A DNA stretch of 32,000 bases from Desulfosudaceae bacterium (lineage in GTDB: Bacteria > Desulfobacterota > Desulfobacteria > Desulfobacterales > Desulfosudaceae): contig JBKHHL010000004.1 of assembly GCA_046539175.1 (NCBI GenBank), forward strand, positions 1 through 32,000, in the 5' to 3' direction. Below, piece after piece: positions 7,376 through 15,494 of the stretch. Position numbers and translations under genes: made by a program. Numbering within the stretch: position 1 is the stretch's first letter; each line of letters starts with the position of its first letter. Under the pieces are notes generated by a model. The model did not search any database. It saw nothing but the letters and a program-made list of their open reading frames with translations, and was not told the origin of the DNA.

Positions 7376-8857
7376 ATGGCTGCGGTAATGGAAAAAATTC
7401 CTCCTCAGGACAGAAAACGTATCGTTCTGGTGCAGCCGCGGGGGTTCAACTGGTTCCCGGGCGCCCGGGATATGACTGATATCGCCAACCGCATGGTGCC
7501 CCAAGGGATTCTCTCCATCGCGGCCTATCTTATACGGCAGGGCCACGTGGTTTTTGTTTACGACTGTCTCGGTCCCGGCGCCCCGCTGCGCCTGGATGAC
7601 CAGGTCAAAGCAATTCTGAACTTTAAACCCGGCCTCGTCGGGTTTTCCGCCACGACATCCTCCTTTCCCGACGCGGCCGAACTGGCCGGAAAAATTAAAG
7701 AACGCGCTCCGCGTGTCGTGACCGCGGGGGGCGGCGTGCATGTTTCAGCGTTGGGCGAAAAACTGCTCTCCATGTATCCAGTCTTTGATTACTTCTGTCC
7801 CGGAGAAGGCGAAATCACAATGGCGGAACTGGCCGGGGGGCACCCCCCGGAATCTATCCCGGGGTTAATCCGATGGCAGGATTCCCGGGTCGTCACCAAT
7901 CCCCCCCGCCAGAAAATAACCGAACTCGACACACTCCCTTTCCCGGCCTACGACAGACTGAAAGGCTTTCCCCGGCACTATCATCTGCCTCTTTTCAGCT
8001 ATATCAAGACCCCGGGAGCGACCATGATCACCTCCCGGGGGTGCGTGTACCAGTGCTCTTACTGCGATCGTTCCGTTTTCAAAAAAGGCTTCCGCTACAA
8101 CTCCGCTCTTTATATCTACGAACACCTGCGCCATCTCCGAACACGTTTCGGCGTCCGCCACGTCAATATCTACGACGACCTGTTCACGTTTGACCGGAAA
8201 CGCGTCGTCGAACTCTGCGAAAAGCTGACCCGCCGTCCCCTCGGTGTCCGGTTCAACTGCGCCGTCCGGGTTGGACACACGGACAACGACCTGCTCCGGA
8301 TGCTGAAGGAGGCGGGCTGCCTGATGGTTTCCCTGGGCATCGAATCGGCGGACCCGGAACTTCTGAAAATCCACAAATCAGGCGTAACTCTGGAGGAAGT
8401 CCGGGAAACAGTGGTCCGCATCCAGCAGGCCGGACTCCGGGCCAAGGGCCTTTTCATGATGGGCCTGCCGGGTGAAACAGAAGAGTCCATTCGCAGAACT
8501 TCTGATTTTATCATGTCTCTCGGGCTGGACGACATGAACATGGCCAAGTTCACTCCCTTTCCCGGAGCGCCCCTGTGGTCGACCATCCGGGAAGCGGGTT
8601 CCTTCGACGAAAACTGGCGTCTCATGAACTGTCTGAATTTTACTTTTATTCCCAAAGGGATCCCCTCAAAAGAAAGGCTGGATTTTCTCTACAATGAACA
8701 TGTCAAACGGTTTTATTCCGATCCCGAATGGCGCCGGAAATTCACAAAACGCCTGTGGCAGCACCGGAAAAGCCTGCTCTATTTTTTGCGCCACCTGCCT
8801 TCTTTCCTGGCGGCCCGGCGTCAATTCGAACCGACGGAAAATCGTGCCTCAAATTAA
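7376..8857 (+). CDS. B12-binding-domain radical SAM enzyme (rSAM-2)
   Basis: 493 aa. The N-terminal B12-type domain reads RIVLVQP...GLVGFSATTSS...VVTAGGGVH. The radical SAM box is SRGCVYQCSYCD. AAGGAAA SD. It starts 30 nt after the ligase stop. Confidence 0.85.
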   Translation: MAAVMEKIPPQDRKRIVLVQPRGFNWFPGARDMTDIANRMVPQGILSIAAYLIRQGHVVFVYDCLGPGAPLRLDDQVKAILNFKPGLVGFSATTSSFPDAAELAGKIKERAPRVVTAGGGVHVSALGEKLLSMYPVFDYFCPGEGEITMAELAGGHPPESIPGLIRWQDSRVVTNPPRQKITELDTLPFPAYDRLKGFPRHYHLPLFSYIKTPGATMITSRGCVYQCSYCDRSVFKKGFRYNSALYIYEHLRHLRTRFGVRHVNIYDDLFTFDRKRVVELCEKLTRRPLGVRFNCAVRVGHTDNDLLRMLKEAGCLMVSLGIESADPELLKIHKSGVTLEEVRETVVRIQQAGLRAKGLFMMGLPGETEESIRRTSDFIMSLGLDDMNMAKFTPFPGAPLWSTIREAGSFDENWRLMNCLNFTFIPKGIPSKERLDFLYNEHVKRFYSDPEWRRKFTKRLWQHRKSLLYFLRHLPSFLAARRQFEPTENRASN

Positions 8858-8899
8858 GGGGGAGGTATCCGCATCAAACACATACTGATTTTTCTCCTG

Positions 8900-9691
8900 G
8901 TGCTACTGGCATCCATAAAACCGGCAGCGGCGATTGACGATAAAAAACCGCTCCTGGAAGCAGGTCTCGGCGCGGCCTGTTTATCCCTGCCTGATTATCG
9001 CGGAGCCGACAGAAGCCGCCTCTACGTCCTGCCCTTTCCTTACTTCATCTACCGGGGCGATTTTCTGCGTGTGGATGAGGACCTTGTTTCCGGACGCCTT
9101 TTCGAAACGGACCGGGTCCTGCTGGATGTCAGTTTTTTCGGAAGCCTGCCCGTCGAGAGCGATGGGAATTCGGCCCGGCGCGGTATGCCCGATCTCGATC
9201 CGACCTTCGAGGTCGGCCCGGCTCTGGACATAAGTCTTCTGAAAAATTATCGGGATCGCTATGAACTGTCTGTAAACCTGCCTGTCCGGGCGGTTTTCTC
9301 GACGGATTTCTCCTCCATCCGACACCGGGGCTGGTCCTTCAGTCCGCGGCTCAACTTCGAGGCCAGAGACATTATTGCCGATTCCGGCATCGATTTCGGC
9401 CTGTCCGCGGGACCGTTCTTCGCCGACGACGCGTATCATGATTATTACTACACCGTCAAACCCGCCTACCAGACAGCGTCAAGACCGGCCTACGACGCCG
9501 GAGGCGGTTACAGCGGTTCAACACTCAGCATAGGCCTGAAAAAAAGACTGAATTCATTTATCCTGCATGGTTTTATCAGCATGGACGACCTTAGTGGCGC
9601 TGTCTTTGAGGACAGCCCTCTCGTGAAGACCAGGTACTCTTTCATGGGCGGTTTTACCATTACCTGGATCTTCTTTAAATCGGACGGGTGA
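8900..9691 (+). CDS. MipA/OmpV-family outer-membrane beta-barrel protein
   Basis: LEAGLGAACLSLPDYRGADRSRLYVLPFPYFIYRGDFLRVD is typical of the family. Amphipathic strands alternate and the protein ends in an aromatic-rich terminus. The signal peptide (IKHILIFLLVLLASIKPAAA) extends upstream of the GTG at 8900, so the true start is probably a non-canonical codon near 8873. Confidence 0.7.
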   Translation: MLLASIKPAAAIDDKKPLLEAGLGAACLSLPDYRGADRSRLYVLPFPYFIYRGDFLRVDEDLVSGRLFETDRVLLDVSFFGSLPVESDGNSARRGMPDLDPTFEVGPALDISLLKNYRDRYELSVNLPVRAVFSTDFSSIRHRGWSFSPRLNFEARDIIADSGIDFGLSAGPFFADDAYHDYYYTVKPAYQTASRPAYDAGGGYSGSTLSIGLKKRLNSFILHGFISMDDLSGAVFEDSPLVKTRYSFMGGFTITWIFFKSDG

Positions 9692-9742
9692 CCCGGACGG
9701 CAGTAATTTTTAGGAATTCATATTGTTTAATGGAGGCGGAAC

Positions 9743-10384
9743 TTGAAAGAAATCAAAAAAAAGCGGGGCCGCCGGGCGGCATTTTTCCTGGCCGCGATTA
9801 TGGCTGGTTGTTTTTCTTTGACAGGATGGGCGGATGATCTGAACGGCATCAGAGATAAAGCGGAAACCATCAACTCCATAGAGGCGAATTTCATCCAGGA
9901 AAAACACCTGGAGATTTTGAAGGAACCGCTGATTTCAAAAGGAAAGTTTTATTTTTCAGCGCCGCGGTCACTCCGCTGGGAATACCAGGAACCGGTCAGA
10001 AGCATTTTGCTGATGAAAGATGAAAGCATTCGCCGATATGCCGAAACGGGCAGTGATATGGTCGAAGAAAGGAGCCAGGGACTGGAAGCGATACGCGTCT
10101 TTCTCCAGGACATCAGCCGGTGGATGACAGGCGAGTTTGAGGGCAATCCGGATATAAAAGCGGAAGTAAAAAGCGACAATATAATTCTGTTGCGACCGAA
10201 GAGCGAAGAGATGGCCGGGATTATTCAAAAAATAGAGCTTAAACTAACCGAAACATCCGGTATTGTTGATACCGTAAAGATATATGAAGACCGGGATTCA
10301 TATACAGTTATTCGGTTTATTGATACAAAAATCAATCAAAGCATTGACGAAGCGCTTTTCGAACAGATAGATCCGAATGAATGA
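9743..10384 (+). CDS. LolA-like lipoprotein/lipid carrier protein
   Basis: Signal peptide followed by the LolA-family signature region IEANFIQEKHLEILKEPLISKGKFYFSAPRSLRWEY. TTG start with a GGAGG SD. Confidence 0.75.
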   Translation: MKEIKKKRGRRAAFFLAAIMAGCFSLTGWADDLNGIRDKAETINSIEANFIQEKHLEILKEPLISKGKFYFSAPRSLRWEYQEPVRSILLMKDESIRRYAETGSDMVEERSQGLEAIRVFLQDISRWMTGEFEGNPDIKAEVKSDNIILLRPKSEEMAGIIQKIELKLTETSGIVDTVKIYEDRDSYTVIRFIDTKINQSIDEALFEQIDPNE

Positions 10385-11141
10385 GACCCAAAGGAATGAA
10401 ACAATGATGTCCGATGGACCGGAAAAAAAGATCAACCGGGCGATCCGCCTGGGCGTGAGCGGCTTCCTGATTGTCTTTTTTATGTTTGCTGTGTCCGCCT
10501 GCGGAAGACTTGCTCCTGTGAAGCCGGCCTCTCCAACGATTCATGAAGATATCGACCGGTATTGCCGGAATTTTTTTCCGGAAAGCCCCCGGCAGTTTGT
10601 CCAATCTCTTACCGCCTACCTGCCCAACGATGAGATCAGCAACGCCATCGGGATCATTAATGTTTATCCGGAAACCGGGAAGATAAAATGCGTCATCATG
10701 GGCGTGGAAGGCGTGGTTATTTTCAGCGGGGAATATGACCGGGAGCCCGTCATTCACAAAGCCGTCCCGCCGCTTGATTCCATGAAGTTTGCCGGGGCCC
10801 TGTTCGAAGATATCCGGCTGGCTTTTTTACCGCCGGCCGGTCAGGTTATCCAAACCGGCACACTTTCCTCGGGGATACCGGTTCGCAGGTATGAGCTGAA
10901 CGAGGATAAGGGCTATGTCGACTTGATTTTCCCCGAAGAGGGACGCCTCAAGATTAAAAAATACAGCCGCCGGAAAAAACGCCTCAAAACCATAGACGCC
11001 TGCTACGCTCCGCGCTGCGAGTTCCTCTTTCCGGGAAAAGCGGGCGCCGGCCCGGTCAGGCTGGAAATTATCCATCACGGCATCCTGGGATATCGGCTGG
11101 AACTGATGCTGATAAGAACCGAGGCTTTACCGGCGGAATAA
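10377..11141 (+). CDS. Lipoprotein of unknown function (possibly the DUF3261-type lipoprotein seen in APE clusters)
   Basis: Lipobox FAVSAC after a hydrophobic signal segment. It overlaps the LolA-like stop by 8 nt. The family assignment rests on position only, not on recognised motifs. Confidence 0.5.
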   Translation: MNETQRNETMMSDGPEKKINRAIRLGVSGFLIVFFMFAVSACGRLAPVKPASPTIHEDIDRYCRNFFPESPRQFVQSLTAYLPNDEISNAIGIINVYPETGKIKCVIMGVEGVVIFSGEYDREPVIHKAVPPLDSMKFAGALFEDIRLAFLPPAGQVIQTGTLSSGIPVRRYELNEDKGYVDLIFPEEGRLKIKKYSRRKKRLKTIDACYAPRCEFLFPGKAGAGPVRLEIIHHGILGYRLELMLIRTEALPAE

Positions 11142-11150
11142 CCGCGCGAT

Positions 11151-11957
11151 TCATTGATTCCGCGTCATGACCGGCTGACCGATGATTTCGGAAAGAGGCA
11201 CGACTTTGAGTCCTTTTTCGGAAAGGCCTGTCATGATTTTTTCCATCTCATTAAGCCACTGTTCAACCTTGAAGCCGCGGGTTCCGGGGTGGACGTCATG
11301 CAGCAGCACCAGATCACCCGGCCTGATTTTTCCAAGAATTTTTTCCGCCAGCCTCCTGACGCGCCGATTGCCGGCATCGAAACCCCGGCAGCTGTAATGG
11401 ACGCAAATCAGTCCCCGCTTTTTCAACAGGGGGCCGAGCCCGGGGTTGACCACCCCGGCCGGAGGACGGAAGACCCGGGGCACGACCCCGGATTTTTTTA
11501 TCGCTTCCTGCGCGGAATCAATTTCCCGGGCAAGTTTTTTCATGGTTTTGAGCATGATAAACACATCGTGGCTGTAGGTATGATTGCCTACCGAATGGCC
11601 GGAGCGAATGATTTCCTCCATGAGTCGGGGGTTTTCTTCCGCTTTGCGGCCGGCAACAAAAAAAGTCGCCTTTATTTTGTATCGACCCAGCAAGGCCAAT
11701 AATAAAGGCGTTGTCCGCGGGTCGGGGCCATCGTCGAAGGTCAACGCCACAGCGGCCCTGCCGTTCGGACGACCGCGACTGACAACCGGCAGCAGCAAAC
11801 CGGTTCCGGGGAAAAACGCGGCGCCGGCGCAAACGGCAATAAATCCGGCCAGGATGACAATCGTCAGAAGCGGCTGGATAAAAAACAACCCCGCCGCCGC
11901 TATCCCGGCTCCAGGGCCGAGATAACCGGCCGTTATCATGCGGGACTTTTTGTTCAT
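11151..11957 (-). CDS. Membrane-anchored NodB-type polysaccharide deacetylase (CE4)
   Basis: Two N-terminal hydrophobic helices, then ALTFDDGPDPRTT (TFDDG motif 1) and HSVGNHTYSH (HxxxH motif 2). Its ATG overlaps the rSAM-3 stop (ATGA). Confidence 0.85.
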   Translation of the reverse strand: MNKKSRMITAGYLGPGAGIAAAGLFFIQPLLTIVILAGFIAVCAGAAFFPGTGLLLPVVSRGRPNGRAAVALTFDDGPDPRTTPLLLALLGRYKIKATFFVAGRKAEENPRLMEEIIRSGHSVGNHTYSHDVFIMLKTMKKLAREIDSAQEAIKKSGVVPRVFRPPAGVVNPGLGPLLKKRGLICVHYSCRGFDAGNRRVRRLAEKILGKIRPGDLVLLHDVHPGTRGFKVEQWLNEMEKIMTGLSEKGLKVVPLSEIIGQPVMTRNQ

Positions 11958-13312
11958 CGAATCAGATACTCCCAGAGGGGTCCGGTATGTCCCCTGTCAT
12001 GAAGCCGGGAAATAATTTTGGCCATGTCCTCCTCTACTGCTCCGGAAATCCAGTTGACGCGGTTTTCTGCCATCCGGCATACTGTCTGTTCAATGGATTC
12101 CAGGCTGATACCTTCCGGCCGGTAAAAAACGGGGGGCAAAAGGTCCTGGTCGCTGGCTATCTGTCCCGATTCAAGCGCCATGGCATGAAGCCGGGTATGA
12201 GGATAAACACGGATGCCGGCAAAGAAAAAACAGACCGATTGTTCCAGAGAAGCCGCCTTATCCAGGGTTTCCGCCAGCGTCCGCGGAGTTTCGGCGGGAG
12301 CGCCCAACAGGAAGAAATGGGCCGCCTTGAGCCCGGCCTCAATGGCCGCGCTGTGGGCGTTCAGAACGTGCCGAAAACGGAACGGTTTTTGATAATTTTT
12401 CAGGATCTCATCGCAAAGGGCTTCGGTGCCGAATTCGACATGCGTCATGCCCGAGTCTGCCAGAACCTTGAAATAATCGGCCGGCGGAGGGGTGGGAGCG
12501 ATATAAGCGCCCCAGGGAATAACCAGCCCGGCCTTTTTCATGTGCCGGGCCACTTCCAGGCTATGGTCATAATCGGAGTTAAAAACGGAATCCGTTATAA
12601 ACAGATACCCGGCTCCCGCGTTCTGAAGCATCAGGGCCGTCTCGGCGACTTCCCGCGGAGGTATCAGCCGCAGCCGTTGCCCTTCGATGTGAGGATAAGT
12701 ACAGTAGATACATTTGAAGGGACAGCCCCGCTTGGTCTGCAGATTGAGCATCCCCCCTTTTTTCAGATAATAATCAACATGGGACTGCCGGGGCGCGAAA
12801 CGCCTTTTCACCCCGCCTCCCCACGGTTGGGGAAAATATTCCGCCGGGGCCGGCCCGTTGCCGGCGATCACCCCCGCCATGTCGCCGGGATTGCCCCCGT
12901 TTTCATAAGCTTCCAGGAAAAGACCGAACCGTTCCCCTTCCCCGACGATACCGTAGTCCGCTTCGAGCGTTTGAAGCAATTGCCCGGGGAAAATGGTAAA
13001 ACCGCTGCCGCCGAGCACAATCGGCGCGGCAGTCACCGATCTGATGCGGCCAATCAATGATCGGTAACGGTCGATATAGCTTTTCGGACCCTTCACGTCG
13101 GTATTGTCGATATTGCGTATGGAGATGCCGATAATATCCGGAGCCGTCTTTTTGATCCGGTCGGACAGGCGGTCCTCCTCCCCGGCCCGGTTCAGATCGG
13201 CCAGAAACACCTCATGATCCGACTCAATCGCACCGGCCACATAATCTATTCCCAGCGGATAGACCGGGTAGGGACTTGTTTCCGTATTGGCGGAAATAAG
13301 AAATACTTTCAT
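11954..13312 (-). CDS. B12-binding-domain radical SAM enzyme (rSAM-3)
   Basis: 452 aa from the ATG at 13312, which overlaps the KS::CLF stop as ATGA; the track start at 13435 would overlap the KS gene by 126 nt. N-terminus MKVFLISANTETSPYPVYPLGIDYVAGAI; radical SAM box KRGCPFKCIYCTYP. Confidence 0.85.
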   Translation of the reverse strand: MKVFLISANTETSPYPVYPLGIDYVAGAIESDHEVFLADLNRAGEEDRLSDRIKKTAPDIIGISIRNIDNTDVKGPKSYIDRYRSLIGRIRSVTAAPIVLGGSGFTIFPGQLLQTLEADYGIVGEGERFGLFLEAYENGGNPGDMAGVIAGNGPAPAEYFPQPWGGGVKRRFAPRQSHVDYYLKKGGMLNLQTKRGCPFKCIYCTYPHIEGQRLRLIPPREVAETALMLQNAGAGYLFITDSVFNSDYDHSLEVARHMKKAGLVIPWGAYIAPTPPPADYFKVLADSGMTHVEFGTEALCDEILKNYQKPFRFRHVLNAHSAAIEAGLKAAHFFLLGAPAETPRTLAETLDKAASLEQSVCFFFAGIRVYPHTRLHAMALESGQIASDQDLLPPVFYRPEGISLESIEQTVCRMAENRVNWISGAVEEDMAKIISRLHDRGHTGPLWEYLIR

Positions 13313-15465
13313 GCCCAGAACACTTCCACGCCTGTCAGGCATTTGCCCGTGCCGATAATCAGAATACGGCCGCCGTTTAAAAGATTCGTCCGGCCCCGGC
13401 CCTGATGATCCGGCACCATTTCTTTTCGCAGGCATTGTATGGCCAGGCTCACCGCCACCGCGGAGGCGGAGGCGAACTCGCCGGTCAGTTTCCGATAGTC
13501 AATGACCGGCGCCCGGGAACCAGCCAGGGCCTGAAATGTTTTGATCTGTTTTTCACCGGCGCGGCGGTGTGCCCCGGGAAAACCGGCAAAAACGGCGCCG
13601 TAACGCTTTTGAACGGTTTCCCCGCCGCCAAGCGTTTCGATCAGCGCCCGGACAGCGGCGTCTCCGGTATCGGCCTGCCGGAAAAAAACGGGACGCACGC
13701 GCAAACCGGTTTCGCTTCTCCTGAGACAGAGACCACCGCCTCCGTCAGCCGGCATATCACGGCCGGCAAGCGAAGCGTCAAAGAGCGGGGATAGACGTTT
13801 ATGGTACTCATCGGCGCCGACGACAAGAAAGGGTCTGCCGGTCGGGTCTCCCAGCAGGCAGGCGGTGAGCAGGGCCTGTTCAAAGGAATAATCGCCGCCG
13901 GTCATGGTGACATTGGGACCGGTGGCGCCAAACATCATGGCGATTTCACCCGCGGGCGCGTTATGAACCGAACCGATAAAATCCATGGGACTGGAGAATC
14001 GCTCCTTATTTTTGAAAAGCCTGGTCAAAAAATCATTGGTTTCACTCAAGGCTCCCCAACCGGTGGCGAAGAACACGCCCGTGGGCTCCGCCTGAGCGTC
14101 CGCGCTTCTGAGCGCTTCGCCGGCCAGGCACAGGGACATTCTGGATAGCCGTTTCAGGCGACGGACGGCTCTTGAAGGAAGATCGGCGGACAACATATCA
14201 AGGGAAAGCGTTCCTCCGCAGGGACTCCCCGCCAGAAAGTTCCCGGCAGTAGCCTCGGTCTTCCCGGCCCCGGTCACGCAGGCATGGCCGATAACTGCCA
14301 GCGGCAGGATTTCCTGCGCTCTGCTTTCTTCGGCCTCAGGCCGCGGCGTCCCCACTAACAACGCGGCGTTATTACCGCCGAAACCGAAAGAATTAGACAG
14401 CACTGTCCGGGATTCCCGCTCTTCGGGTTTATCAAGCGGTTCCAGTCGCAATTCCGGATCAGGGGTTTTCAGGCCGTAATTGGCCGGGATAAATTTTTCC
14501 GCTATTGAAATCGCGGAGACAGTCAGTTCTATGGCTCCCGCGGCGCCCAGGCTGTGCCCCAGGGCGCCCTTGATGGATGAAAGCCGGGGCTTGTTGTCGC
14601 CGAAAAGAGCATTGACGGCTTTGGCTTCAGCCGCGTCATTGCTTATGGTGCCCGTTCCGTGCAGGTTGATACTGTCAACATCGGCCGGACACAAACCGGC
14701 ATCCCGGATGGCCGCTGCCATGGCCTCCTTCGCCCCCAGGCCCTCCGGATGAGGAGAGGCCGCGTGATAGGCGTCACATGACAGTCCCAGTCCCAGCACC
14801 TCGGCGATGGGTCGCCCCTGAGTGCTCCCGCCGCTTTCGAGGAAAAGCATGGCAGCGCCCTCGGAAAGGCTCATTCCATTGCGGTCACGGTCAAAAGGCC
14901 TGGCGCCTTCGGGAGAAAGCAGCTGCAAAGCGTTAAAGCCGTGATACGTAAACCGACAGAGCGCGTCCACGCCGCCGACCAGTACGGTTCGGGCCAGACC
15001 GCTCCGCACCAGCATAGTCCCGATTGCCACGGCCAGGGCGCCCGATGAACAGGCCGTTGAAACAGTCAGAGCCGGGCCCTTGCAATTGCAATACCCGGCT
15101 ATATATTCGGCCACCGATCCGGCCGCGTGATACTCGTAGGAAGCGGGATCGTAGGCGTCCTGTTTCAAAAGAAGTTCGGTACGGGGCATACCCCCGGTGG
15201 TGACACCGATGACAACGGCTTCCGGTATTTTCCGGCCGCGCGAAAGAAGTGCTTCTTCGGCCGCGGCCAGAGCGATCTGGTGGGTTCGTGGCAGGTCCGG
15301 ATGATCCATTTTCTGCTTGACCTCGCCCACGGCAAGGGAAGAGGCGTGCGGGAAAAGGGTTAAAGGACCGAGGCCGCCGTGGTTGTTTCGCAGGGCCGCC
15401 GCCGTTTCCCGCCAACCCCGGCCGAGAGCGCTGACAACCCCGATACCGGTGATATAAACACTCAT
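13309..15465 (-). CDS. Beta-ketoacyl synthase fused to a chain-length-factor-like KS domain (KS::CLF)
   Basis: The N-terminal half (about 14300-15465) has the Cys-His-His triad contexts VSTACSSG, DAYHAASP and LHGTGT, plus GHSLGAAG. The C-terminal half (about 13309-14290) has the KS fold, but GGDYSF replaces the active-site TACxS. Confidence 0.9.
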   Translation of the reverse strand: MSVYITGIGVVSALGRGWRETAAALRNNHGGLGPLTLFPHASSLAVGEVKQKMDHPDLPRTHQIALAAAEEALLSRGRKIPEAVVIGVTTGGMPRTELLLKQDAYDPASYEYHAAGSVAEYIAGYCNCKGPALTVSTACSSGALAVAIGTMLVRSGLARTVLVGGVDALCRFTYHGFNALQLLSPEGARPFDRDRNGMSLSEGAAMLFLESGGSTQGRPIAEVLGLGLSCDAYHAASPHPEGLGAKEAMAAAIRDAGLCPADVDSINLHGTGTISNDAAEAKAVNALFGDNKPRLSSIKGALGHSLGAAGAIELTVSAISIAEKFIPANYGLKTPDPELRLEPLDKPEERESRTVLSNSFGFGGNNAALLVGTPRPEAEESRAQEILPLAVIGHACVTGAGKTEATAGNFLAGSPCGGTLSLDMLSADLPSRAVRRLKRLSRMSLCLAGEALRSADAQAEPTGVFFATGWGALSETNDFLTRLFKNKERFSSPMDFIGSVHNAPAGEIAMMFGATGPNVTMTGGDYSFEQALLTACLLGDPTGRPFLVVGADEYHKRLSPLFDASLAGRDMPADGGGGLCLRRSETGLRVRPVFFRQADTGDAAVRALIETLGGGETVQKRYGAVFAGFPGAHRRAGEKQIKTFQALAGSRAPVIDYRKLTGEFASASAVAVSLAIQCLRKEMVPDHQGRGRTNLLNGGRILIIGTGKCLTGVEVFWA

Positions 15466-15494
15466 AAAACGCTCATCTCCTCAGCCCGGACAGG

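Noticed and set aside
11987-13060. 357-aa plus-strand ORF
   Set aside because: It lies entirely antisense to rSAM-3, which has clear B12 and radical SAM motifs. The product is Arg/Gly/Pro-rich with no motifs. This is a typical shadow ORF in GC-rich coding DNA.
13313-13435. N-terminal extension of rSAM-3 (track start 13435)
   Set aside because: It would overlap the KS::CLF gene by 126 nt. The ATG at 13312 gives an ATGA stop-start overlap and a typical MKVFLISAN... N-terminus.
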